Shown in pieces: positions 39,164-51,652 of a stretch of 64,000 bases of DNA (its first letter is position 1; the number at the start of each line of letters is the position of its first letter). The DNA comes from Lingula anatina (lineage: Eukaryota; Animalia; Brachiopoda), in contig CM120644.1 in the NCBI GenBank assembly GCA_051362555.1, positions 19,428,534 to 19,492,533 on the forward strand, in the 5' to 3' direction. The position numbers were made by a program, and so were the translations under genes. The notes under the pieces are model-generated. The model saw only the letters and a program-made list of their open reading frames with translations, did not search any database and was not told the DNA's origin.

Positions 39164-40282
39164 AGAAAGCAGAGTGGTATCATAGTTATTCCCAAACATT
39201 CTGGTGAACATCTCTATAGATACATGGTTCAAAATGGGCTGAAAAGAGGTAAGAGTGACAGGGGCAGATCCAGAGATATTTTCTGACAGTCTTCCAAATT
39301 ATTTTTGTTGATCCATTCTCTATTTTTGACCGTCTTCCGCAGAAAAAATTGGATATCTGTCAATGTTAACTTGAAAATCTGACCGTCTTCCGGAAGACCT
39401 AGAAGACGGCCTATATCCGCCCCTGAGTGATGTTAAGATCTTCCAAGTTATTGATTCTGATCCTTGTTGAAAAGCTTAAACTAGTTATTATTGTGTGGAA
39501 TCTAAGTGTCTAAAGATAATAATAATAATAATATATTTTAATATTAAAATGACTGAAATAGAAAAAGAGATATAGGCCAATGAAGAGTCTTACAGTTGTA
39601 TATAATTATTGAAGTTGTTGTTTGACTGTATTTGTTCCAAACTATAGAAATATGTTGTTTTAAATAGCAGTAAAGACGCCCAAAGTCAGATTGCAGTTGA
39701 TGGGAGTCGAGGGGGCATGCATCTCCTGAACATAATCTGCATGAATATGAGAGGAAGCATAATTTCCTTGGAGTAGGACAGAAGAACTGGTTTCTTTTGT
39801 ATACAAAAGGTAAGTATCTTGAATATTTGTGGAGCACATATAAATTTCATTTCCTGCAAATATTGATTCAACAGTATTATTAGCAGTTAATTACTGTTTA
39901 TTTATTACAATCAATTCAGCATGTACAGTCTTAACTGGAACATCAGGTCACAGTTTGCTGTTCATCTCTGTCAGTGGCTTTATTGTATATCATTGCTAGT
40001 ACTTAAAGTATAACTGGAACATCAGGTCACATCTCTGTCAGTGGCTATATTATATATCATTACTAGTACTTAAAGTATCATGTTAAGTTAGTTATGTAGA
40101 CTTTTTATCATAAAGTTAAGTGCAGAGTGTGTTTAGATAGAGCTAGTGCAAGAATTCTTGTTAATTTGATTTGTGCTAATGGTATTGTTATATGAACTAA
40201 ATTTATATTTAGAATTAAACTACAACTCAGTTATATTTGATGCATGTCGTACTCTCAAACAACATACTAATATTATAGTGAA

Positions 40283-40351
<69 letters not shown>

Positions 40352-43300
40352 TAAACTCAGTATATAGTAGATGTTTTATATATCCAGATGGAGTTTAATG
40401 CCAATTTAACATACTTTTATGTATTTAAAAAAAATAAAATAAAAAAAAACTGTTAGCTACCTTCTCAGTTTAGATAGATAGAAGCCCAAATTTATTTGAA
40501 ATACTGATTGTTAAATATGAGTTGTATAAAGAAATTTGAGAGAATTTACTTTTTTCTTTCATTGAAGGAATGTGCTGGACATAACAGTATATGATACAGT
40601 ATCTGGCTGTGAATCCCACTTTAGCAGCAATGGATGCCTCACAGTGGGATACACCACTTTGGAGTCTTGTAAGAACTACAGGTAAGTTGCAGACTTACTA
40701 ACAATGGATGAATAAACATATGGTGTACTTTGAAATGACTTCTTTTAGAAGTTATCATCAAATAAAATATGAAAGATGATAATAATGATATATATATTCT
40801 GATTTCTTAATGCAGGATACAGTTTTCCTTCAACATTTAATTTTCATGTATAATTTCCATACTTTGATATTTTATATCAATTTAATATTTTTCAGGTTTG
40901 GACTGCAAACTTGCCTTCTGTTTATGTGGTCCTGTCATGGATGGACACGCTGTTCCAACTTGAAGCTGGCCCCTGTCCTTCTGTGGTTGAACAGCACCTT
41001 GAACTACATGTTTGCTAACATGCTGCTTATCAGTACCCTTCTCAGTGCTGTTGGTGTCATTCAGCTTGATAGAGACATCTTCCTCTCCAGCCTCCTTGTC
41101 AATATAGGAACATTCCTTGTGAATAGCATATATGATGTAGCAATGTACAATATCAGGTGCTATGACAGAGAAGACACTGGTTACACCGTGCTGCAGAGCC
41201 TGGAAGATAAGCCTCAGTATGATGACATGTAAGGAAGCAGTTTACTTTTGTGTTCATTTTAAGGGACCATTTCCACAGATATTTGGATCTACCTATCTCC
41301 CTGGGGAGTCTCACTAAATTGCTATCAAACTAACTGGCTTAAACGTCTGTCACGCCTAGTAAAACTGTAAGGGGGTAATTATCTTTACCCCTAGCTGATA
41401 CGATAAGCGTGACAGACTTAAGCCTCTTGAGCTGATAGCAATTTAGCATGAACCCCCAGGGAGTTAGGTTGATCCAGATTGATCAATCTAAGTATGGGAA
41501 CCCATTCTTAGACTCTTCATTTCACAGTTATGTTGGAATAAAGTTAAATTTGTCTTTAGCTTTTGGAGTTGACCCCAGGTCTTGCTCATAGCAATGACTG
41601 ATTCTGACAACTTGTATGGGGCTGAACTTGTTTCATTTCATAGACTTTTTCATTTGTGTTAAATATTCATAGTATTGAAATGATTTCACATTTTCTTGCT
41701 GATGTGACACATGTTCTGAGTTTGTAAATGGAGTTAGTAATTATGGCCAGAGTGTTACTCTACCAATAATACTAATTCTTTACAATAAATTATTTCTTGA
41801 TTAAAGAAAGACTCATTAATTTTTATTTATTTATTTATTTGTTTGTTTGTTTATTTATTTATTTATTATTATTTTTTTGCAGTTGCACAATCAGTGATGG
41901 GTTCCAACAAGTTGTGCATGGAAGTGTGGAGACCATGATGAAACAGGTGGCTTATGACTTTGAGAAGGGCTATGATTTAGCACATGCAACTGTTGAACAC
42001 CAGGCTGTAGCACAGCTTGAAGAAATGGTTGCCAAGGAAAATTTGGTTGTTAAAGAAGATATGGTTGCCATGGGAGATGTGGACAACAAGAAAGAGGTAT
42101 TTATTACTTCTTTCTATTTTTAGTTTGTGCATGCATGTATGTGCCTGTACAGATATCATGGATTGCCTTTGACACATACTTGTATTGCCTTCTTGTAATT
42201 AAAAACAGACACTTGTATCATTTCTCTAATGTTTGACAATATATTTGGCTTGACTTACACACCATTCTCATAGATTAGATCGACCTACATTGGATCGACC
42301 TAACTCCCTGGGGGTTCACGCTAAATAGCTGTCAGCCGGGCGGACACGAAAGTTAATTATCCCTTAAAGCTTGTAGTAGGCGGGGACGGACACTTAAGGG
42401 GGATTATCTGACAGTAATCTAGTGAGACTCCCCGCGGTGATAGATCGATCTAAAAGTTGTGAGAACAGAGCCTTATAAGCACATATACATATACTAAGAA
42501 CATAAAAAGACATTATACTAATATTGAGGTATTATTGTGCAACATCAAACCACTACCATAATAAATGTCTCAGTCTGTGGAATATTTTGACTATATTTAC
42601 CAGTCAGCAGAATCAATTATTGGATGATTTTCAATATTTCAGAAAACACCCAGCTACAACAGGACTCCCAGCTCCAGTGCACTGTCCACTAGTAGCATCA
42701 TACTCCAGATGCCAGAAGTCTCTAGGGAAAATAACAACTACATTGCTTCTGAGTTCTTCACATATGCTCCTCCCCCTAACAACCCTAGGCTAAACTCAAA
42801 GATGCATAAGGAAATGCAGGCAGAGAACCCAAAATCCCATGCTGGGAAGATTTCAGATGTTTCATCTTTTTACAGTCCCATTGCTCACTTCAACCCCAGT
42901 TTTCTTATTTCAGGTAATCATGTATATATAAAATAGTTTGCTGTTATATAATGCTGTAGAAATGTCTATCTGATGATGTTTTTTAATCCTTTTTGATGGT
43001 GTAGAACAGATGTAACATCCTTTTGATTTTTAGATTCTTAATTTTTGTTCAACAGTAGAAAAATATGGCTCAAACAAATAATTTTTACATTTCCCTTTAC
43101 ATTTTCCTTGTTTGATGCATTAATGTCTGTCATTTCAGTTAATTATTTTGAAAAAAAATGAATATACAAAAAAAAGGATAATGCATTTTCATGTACAGAC
43201 TGTACAATGTAACCCATCAGGTTACATTTTGAAGATACTTAGAACGTTGATTTCAACACAAGTTTCCTTGCCTTTATTAAAATTAAAACAGAGATTATGG

Positions 43301-43775
43301 TCTTAAGCAGGGGTAATATTACCCTGCTTCAATTTGTAGTAAAACTTCCACATACTTTTTGCAATAATTCATTTCCACACAATCTGTTCCAGAACCATCA
43401 GATGAGGTGCCATACACTGAGCTGAAGTCACTGGAGATGATGGTCAACAGAAAACACGATGGAAAGTTGCCCTGCTTTTTGATCTATCCAGCATTCATTT
43501 TGCTGGACGTCTCCTTGGCTGGGGCAGTATATCTCAGCATTGTGTATGGCGGAGAGCTGAGTGATAGCGCTGTGTACAACTGGGCTGCTCTGGTAGGAGT
43601 GGCACTGGTGGAGGACTTGTTTGTGTTCCAGACACTGAAGGCAGTTTGTGTGTATGGTTACTGCCTACTTTTCTCAGCAAATGAGGCCAGAGAGGATGCT
43701 CACAGGCAGGAAAAGACACAGCTTGTTAAGTTTTTAAAAAATCAGTGCTCTGGTGCCAGTGGAACCTTTTACTAA
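39164..43775 (+). CDS. Divergent, truncated polycystin-1 (PKD1)-like gene: PLAT domain plus TM2-TM5 region; exons 39164-39248, ~39668-39809, 40568-40681, 40896-41228, 41883-42096, 42643-42913, 43393-43775
   Basis: PLAT-like HLYRYMVQNGLKR|AVKTPKVRLQLMGVEG..NWFLLYT. WTRC..LNYMF..VGVIQL..FLVN resembles FTRVQR..ANAMF..IGPF..FPVN. LPCFLIYPAF..SIVYG..YNW..LFVFQTLKAV resembles LPWW..Y..YG..WL..QPLK. The last five exons splice in phase; the PLAT exon is frameshifted. Confidence 0.72.
39259..39425. mobile_element. MITE with a 5-bp TSD, 10 bp into an intron
   Basis: CAGGGGC.GAT...ATCCGCCCCTG with AGTGA on both flanks. Confidence 0.75.
40287..40344. repeat. (TA)n microsatellite
   Basis: Direct reading. 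Confidence 0.97.
41263..41507. mobile_element. Harbinger-type MITE, copy 4 (older, with an internal rearrangement)
   Basis: Shares GGGGAGTCTCACTA, GTAAGGGGGTAATTA and GAACCCCCAGGGAGTTAGGT with copy 1; flanks TAA / TTA. Confidence 0.8.
42258..42472. mobile_element. Harbinger-type MITE, copy 5
   Basis: Nearly identical to copy 2; TTA on both flanks. Confidence 0.9.
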
Positions 43776-44420
43776 GTGATATAATTCCAGAAATAGTGCA
43801 AGGACTTTAATCAAACTCATGGAGGCCTCATACCCCTATTGCAGAACTATACCATGTTTATGATTTAAAGAAATAATATAAAAATTATTAAAATATTTTG
43901 TGTTGAACTTTGTCCTTTTAAATTTCTTATGGATCAGAAGTGTTTTTATATAAACAAATACACTGCCTTAGTATTTAATACATTGCTACAGTGCAAAAAA
44001 TGTGACCAGAATCTCATAAAGTATCTTTTTTTTAATAAATGCTGCCATTAATGATCTCATTTGCTTTTAAATAGACATTTTTTAAAATGACTTCATTGAT
44101 CTGTGAAAATAAAATCTACCTTGAGTATTTTCTGAATTTTCTTTAAAGTTTTTAAATATTGAATACCAGTTTGTAAAAGAAGACAAAGTTTCATGGATAA
44201 TCATGGCAAATTATGCTTGTTTAGGCTTAAAATATTTTGGATTTGATAAAAACTAATTTTTCATTTTAAAAAATGCTATTAAAATCCTGGATAAAACCAT
44301 TTGGTTAAACAATTTAATAAACAGACTGAAATTCTATGCTTTTTCCCTTATTATGTTGTGTCAACTTCAACTGAAACATTCATTCAAAAAGTCCTATCCT
44401 AACATTTCTTCATCAGATTT

Positions 44421-47400
44421 TTATGTACAGACACAGATGTGTCTGTACATATTGCCATCACCTGCGTCTGTCGTCGCCGTTGTCGCCGTCGTCGCCGTCG
44501 CCGGCGCCGTGCACTTTCCTTGTAAACACGATAAGTGGAAGGGAGTTTTACTTTATGGCTTTATATTTACAGAGCTGATGAATATTCATAAAACGCAGGT
44601 CAAGTTTGAAAATCAGCATGATCGGGCCATTATTGTTGAAGTTATGCTGTTTTTTCACTTTTCAGCATAAATGCAACACTGTAAACACATTTCAAGGAAA
44701 ACCGATAGGCCTGTTGTCATGAAACTCACAGGAGTAATCGATCCTAGTAAAATGCAGGTCAAGTTCAAAAATCGGCATGATCGAGCCACTATTTTAGTAG
44801 TTATGCTGTTTTTTCATTTTTCTGCATATATGCAACACTGTAAACACAATATAAGAAAAACAGATAGGCCAATTGTCATTAAACTCACAGGAGTGGTCAA
44901 TCTTACTAAAACGCAGGTTGAGTTCCAAAATCAGCATAATCGGGCCATTATTTTAGAAGTTATACTGTTTTTTCACATTTCCTCAGATTCAATTCTTAGG
45001 CATGTTAACAGTCTTATTGTTTTACTAATAAGATACATAAAAGTGTTTGTTTGACATTTCCTGCATCTTTACAACATTGTAAGTTGATTATGTAAAAATG
45101 ATGGTAAACTTGTTATCGTGTATTGTGTAATAAAGTGTCAAAAATGGAAATAAACTCATATCATTGCAGTTTGTCAGATTCAATCATTCACTATGTTCAG
45201 AATCTCAGAATGGAGGAAATTGGACATTTAACACTATTCTATTGATATTTTTCCCATCTCATCAATTTTCTTAGTTGATCATATCAAAATTGCAGTAAAC
45301 TGTTTATTTTGTTTTATGTTAAAAAAAGTGTTAAAAATGGAAATAAACCCATGTCAGAACAGTGCTGTCTTGTTTCACATTTCCTCAGATTCAATTCTTA
45401 GGCATGTTAACAGTCTCATTATTTAACTAATAAGACATGTAAAAGTGTTTGGTTGACATTTCCTGCATCTTTACAACATTATTAGTTGATTACGTAAAAA
45501 TGATGGTAAACTTGTTATCATGTATTGTGTAATAAAGTGTCAAAAATTGAAATAAACTCATATCATTGCAGTTTGTCAGATTCAATCATTCACTATGTTC
45601 AGAATCTCAGAATGGAGGAAATTGGACATTTAACACTGTTGTATTGATATTTTTCCCATCTCATCAATTTTCTTAGTTGATCGTATAAAAATGGCAGTAA
45701 CCTGTTAAATTTGTTTTATGTTAAAAAAATTGTTAAAAATGGAAAAAAAAAAAAAAAAAAAAAAAAAAAACATTTCAGAACAGTGCTGTCTTTTTTTACA
45801 TTTTGGCATTTTCAAGTTGTGACTTTGAAGTTCCATGGGCCTGAAGACCTTTGCTAGTCACATTTTCTGAATATCCATGATACTAATATTTTATTATTAA
45901 AATTGATGGTCATTATGCTGTTAAACATTATGTAATATTCCATCAAAATTAAAAAAAAAAAAAAAACTATTTTGGGCACTGCTCCCATGATGACCATTTA
46001 AGAAAAAACCATGTCACTTACTGTTCTCAAACAGTACAGTAAATAAGTACAGATGTGTCTGTACATATTGCCATCACCTGCGTCTGTCGTCGCCGTCACT
46101 GGCGCTGGCGCCGTGCACTTTCATTGTAAACACGATAAGTGGAAGGCAGTTTTACTTTTTTGCTGTATATTTACAGAGCTGATGAATATTCATAAAATGC
46201 AGGTCAAGTCTGAAAATCAGCATGATCGGGCCATTATTGTAGAAGTTACGCTGTTTTTTCACTTTTCAGCATATATGCAACACTGTAAACACATTTCAAG
46301 GAAAACCGATAGGCCTGTTGTCATGAAACTCACAGGAGTAATCGATCCTAGTAAAATGCAGGTCAAGTTCAAAAATCGGCATGATCGAGCCACTATTTTA
46401 GTAGTTATGCTGTTTTTTACGCTTTTCAGCATATATGCAACACTGTAAACACAATATAAGAAAAACAGATAGGCCAATTGTCATTAAACTCACAGGAGTG
46501 GTCATTCCTGCTAAAACGCAGGTTGAGTTCCAAAATCAGCATAATCGGGCCATTATTTTAAAGAAATGCCGTTTTTTCACATTTCCTCAGATTAAATTCT
46601 TAGGCATGTTAACAGTTTCAATTTTTAATTAATAAGATACGTAAAAGTGTTTATTTGGCATTCCCTGCATCTTTACAACATCATTACTTGATTATGTAAA
46701 AATGATGGTAAACTTGTTATGGTGTATTGTGTCATAAAGTGTCAAAAATGGAAATAAACTCATATCATTGCAGTTTGTCAGATTCAATCATTCACTATGT
46801 TCAGAATCTCAGAATGGAAGAAATTGGACATTTAACACTGCTCTATTAATATTTTTCCCATCTCATCAATTTTCTTAGTTGATCATATCAAAACGGTAGT
46901 AAACTGTTAATTTTGTTTTTATGTTAGAAATTGATAAAACTGGAAAAAAAAAAAAACATTTCAGAACATTGCTGTCTTGTTTACATTTTGGCATTTTCAA
47001 GTTGTGACTTTGAAGTTCCATGGGCCTGAAGACCTTTGCTAGTCACATTTTCTGAATATCCATAATACTAATATTTTATTATTAAAATTGATGGTCATTA
47101 TGCTGTTAAACATTATGTAATATTCCATCAAAATTTAAAAAAAAAAAACTATTTTGGGCACTGCTCCCATGATGACCATTTAAGAAAACCCATGTCAGTT
47201 ACTGTTCTCAAACTTACAGGAAAGAAACATGGGACTAAAATTCAGCTTCAGTAGGCAATGCAGTCTGTTTGGTAATTCTTACTGCCAGTTAAACATTTTC
47301 ACATATTGGCATTTTCAAGGTGTGATTTGAAGTTCCATGGGCTTGTTTATTATTGCATCAAAATTGGCAAAATTACCTCTTTCGCATCCTTTTTTCTGTT

Positions 47401-47440
47401 ATTTTGTCTGTACATTTGACAGCTTTGCTGCCTTGTTTAT
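44421..47440 (+). mobile_element. HINE/Helentron-like element, family B, with internal tandem duplication
   Basis: 5' hairpin ATGTACAGACAC-AGAT-GTGTCTGTACAT, (GTCGCC)-type microsatellite and ~160-bp cores. The body restarts at ~46049. 3' sub-TIR GTCTGTACAT (47406-47415) is followed by a GACAGC..GCTGCC stem-loop. Confidence 0.78.
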
Positions 47441-50400
47441 TTCATACAGTATCATCAAAATTCATTCCCATCTGTTGCCCTTTGTAAGGTGTCTGCATTT
47501 TTTATTACAACAATACAATTTCTAGTCTTTCACAGTACTTTATTGCATTTTATTGGAAAAAATAGTCATTTCCATGTTTACATTGGTGACCAAAATCACT
47601 GTTCACATTAACTGGAAATCAAAAGAACAGTAATGATTGTAACATTTCCCACCAGTCTGCAAGGAGCATTGCCGTCACTGAAGATAGCATTGGGCAACGG
47701 GGAAGGGGGCGGGGTACTTTGGGTCCACCAATTGGTCACCAATTAAGAGAGCAAAACAGCACAAGGACGAAGAAACCCAGTTTAACTCTAGCACCGCATC
47801 ACGCGAGGAAATCGAAGACTCCGCCTTAACCGAACATTAATGAACCTGGAAATATGTTGCGCAAGAATTCAAGTTTTTTTCGTGTTCATTAATTAGACTG
47901 ATTGACCAATGTGGACTTGAGACTATGGAAGAAAAGTGTTCACGTAAAATTATTCTAGTTATGTATGTAGACATACACAATTTTACAGCAACAATACAAT
48001 TTTAAAAGTAAAGATGTTTAATGTCAACTCTGCATTTGAGATGTAACAGTTCTTTCAAAACACAACAACTGTAAACTTTCAAAACGCCTGAAATTGCTTT
48101 ATTCGAAAACATTACCAATTCTCGTTTATTTTGGACGATAACAGAGGGTGCAGTACATTAATTCATGGCTTCCTCAGCCTTTAATTTCCTTTATTTCTGT
48201 CTGTTCTATTCAGATCTATTACGGTAAATGAATATAACTCATGGCGTTGTATTTCATTACTAAACATCCTCATTTGTGATTGTGCGTTAGGGGTGGGGTG
48301 GGGTAATTTTCATGTCTCATGGGATTAGGGGGGCGGGGCCGGTTGCTCTACATGTATATCATATAACAAAGACTAAAGTTGAAATCGAGGCTTCCGCACG
48401 GAAGGTGGTCTAGTATATATTATTATGTAATCCAGGTGAGTATTTTGGTGAGAGGTGTTCAGAAAGGACCAAGGTCAGTAAAAGATGGCGAAGAAAGCCT
48501 TGTGTCTCATTGCCACAATTTCCACGAAATGGTCGGAAATCTGGGACTGAAATTGGCATCGATCTGTTGTAAGTAATGTATAGATGATGGAAGATGACAT
48601 TGGTTATTTGCGTTAACGATATTTACCAAAAAATGGTGCAATTTGCAAATAAGGCATCATGTCGACATTTTTTCTTGACGTCAACAATATTTTACATTGA
48701 AAGTCCAAATTCAACTTGACGTTAAAATAGTTTATTATCTGTTCTTATTTTCAGATGGAATGCATTTGCCAGAAAACGGGTGGTGAGAGATTTGCTCCAG
48801 CAGTGAACGCGTCTTCCGTCTTAAACAATGTAAGGAGATCTTGGCAGGTAACTTCATTCTTAAGTCCTAATTTGTTTTTAAAAAAAATGAAAATCACATG
48901 TCGTGACTATGTTGTTCTTCTTTCTAAGATCTCATAAATGTTGTTTTTACTACCCTCCTGTCATATGTTTATTTCTAAAATTTCACTTTATACGTAATGC
49001 GAGGGTCACTTTCTTTTTAGTAGCACCACTGACGTGTGATTCTAAAGACACAGAATGTTGTCACGTTACAGTGTGTACACGGTGTAAAAGAATAGAAATT
49101 ATATTGTTTGAAAGTGCATGTTTACATAGAACGTGTCAGCTCAGTATATGTAGGTATACAGTGTATTCGTCTAATTTTAAAGTTGAAAAGTGGTTTGTTG
49201 AATATTACTATCGAAATCGGTTACCGTAAAATTAAAAATTGCTTTATTTAATTTAATCGCTCCATAGAAATTGCTGACCCATTGCTTTGTAAAAGTGGGT
49301 TTATTTAATTTCAGTGACTCAACCATGCACGAGAAGATTGAATACGTTCTCCATCAAAGACGTCAGACTCGTGTTCCACAGCGGCTGCATCCATGTCAAG
49401 ATTACATGTAGCATGTCAGAGTTTGTCTGCTAGTAAATTTGCAGGGTTGAAACTTGATATATAAACTGTAATTTTTACTTTGGGTTGTGAATCGGCTGTA
49501 GTTATTTTCAAACTATCACAAAGTAGTGTTTAGGAAGAGTACTTTGCAGGACGACCGGTTTTCTTTTTGTTCGTAACATATTTGTGAGGGCAAATCTGCA
49601 ATTTGGCACTTCTCCGTGAACAATTATTTATTCAAAATTTAATTCTAGTATTTATTTTGGTGATGTTAAATTTGGAAATAAAGAAAACGTCCCAACCGTG
49701 CAAAATGCATTTATGGAAGTCTTTAGAAGTCTTTTGTGTGTTCAGTTGAAGAAAAAAAGAACGAGATGTGCATCCACCGAAAATTAATAAATCGCTGTAA
49801 TTTAAATAATTATTTTTCAGAAATTGCAGCACTATCAAACTGGCAGAATGTGTCATTAGTATTGCAGAACTGTCCACACGTATTGAAACGAACTTTCTTA
49901 AGTTTGAATATGCCATTGTGACGCATATAATTTTTATAAGTTATAATATAAACTTCGTGTTTCAATGAGGGGAGGGGTCAAAAGTCACCGTGGTTTTAGA
50001 AACGAAACCAAGGAGTTGAAATTTTCCCGAAATTAATATACATTTGTTATTGCAGTAGTGGTAAATCAAAACAAAGGAAAATCGTTGTATTACAGAAGGT
50101 GTTTTATTTCGGAATATTATCTTCATTAAAGGGTCCATGTAGGACTGACATTCATCAGAAACTTTTACACACTGAATTTTCGACAAATTCTTGACAAAGT
50201 CAAATAAATCATTTTAGCTGCCTTTTTTTTTTTTTTTTTTTTTTGAAAATGAGTACTCGATGAAGGTTTTAAGATTGCCAATTTCTGTCAGTATACCCAA
50301 CAAAGAATGTGATACAATTTTTAAAAAGCCAAATTTACATTTTTCGTAAATTTGCTTAAATTTTGGCTAGCAGTTTTTTAGCCAATTCTTTGAAAAACCA

Positions 50401-51583
50401 TCGAATTATCGTACAAAATTACTTTTTAATTGTATTTTGCTTCATTAAACAAAAAAATGAATAATTGTAATTCTCTCAGTATAAAAAAATTTATACAAAA
50501 GTGTGTAGATCAACGCTCTGTTAAAGGTTGGCCTTGTGCCTTGTATTTTTTTAGTTGACTTTTTGGTCGCAATCAAAGAGTGATTGAAGAATAACTCCTT
50601 ATGGAATGTCAGTCCTGCATGTCCTGTGGAGTTATAATGCTGAGTGTCACTTGATCACTGAACACCGGAGACCAGTTTGAAGTTTATTAGCATTGTCTTA
50701 GTAAATGTGATTTTCAAATATTTGCTCTATCTTTGTTTTCTCTGCACATTATTCTTTAAGATAGCTATGGTTGAAATAAGCTTGTAGGTTGGTCATGTCG
50801 TTATGACGTTTCTGATTCGCATGCTGTACAAATTTCAGTTTTCGCTCAAAGTTGTGCCATGAAATGCATATTTAAGCAAATCGTATGAAAAAAACTCGTC
50901 TGTTTTGGGCATGACAATATTTATCGATGAACTAAACAAACAACCAGGAATCTTACAAAATTTTATTATTTTATCTAACTTTTCTTGTTTTGTGAACATC
51001 AGCAAGACGACATAGTGCTTGCATGTGGGTACATGGGTTGGGATAGGATGACGTTATATGCATATTGAATTTTCTATATCGATCACACCAGTGAATTTAG
51101 ACAAACATTTTTGGTAATGTTTTGGTTTTTATTTTATTTATTTATTTATTTTGTTAATCTTGTTGGTATTATGTCTATCATAATATTCCTGAACTCCTTT
51201 ATAAATCAAAAAGCTACGCCGGCCAAGCAGAAATGTTCAAAATGCATAGAATCTTGACATGTTTTAGTTAGATAGAGAATCAGTTCTGTTTGTATGTAAA
51301 AGCTTAATTCACATTTCATAGTACGTTTTATGAAATTGACATTAATGTAGAAGAAAAGGTATTCCAAGTTTTATAATATTTTGTGAAAACAATGCTGTTA
51401 CTTTTTGTATTCATTTGTGCAATAATAAATGTGCTATATTGTTTTATGAACAAAATAGAAGTTATTTTTCTTAACTACAGAACCACCGACTCCTCTTACT
51501 ATCCTGTGTTCGCAGCACTGTTTTGTAGAAGTCGAAATTCTTTATTTGGATTTATTTTTGTAAAAGGTAATTTGCTGGGACCC

Positions 51584-51652
51584 AGTGGCGCCAGGAATCG
51601 AACCTGCAACCTTCTGTCTGAGAGGCAAGCACGTTACCTACTCCTCTAACTG
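51584..51652 (-). mobile_element. tRNA-derived SINE head / pseudo-tRNA
   Basis: A-box-like TAGAGGAGTAGG and a perfect B box GGTTCGATTCC at tRNA spacing; no acceptor-stem pairing. Confidence 0.65.

Noticed and set aside
44353-46632. Repeated ORFs (MQHCKH..., MCLYILPSP...)
   Set aside because: Translations of HINE core repeats; no protein motif.
51584-51652. Functional tRNA gene
   Set aside because: A and B boxes are present, but the acceptor stem cannot pair.
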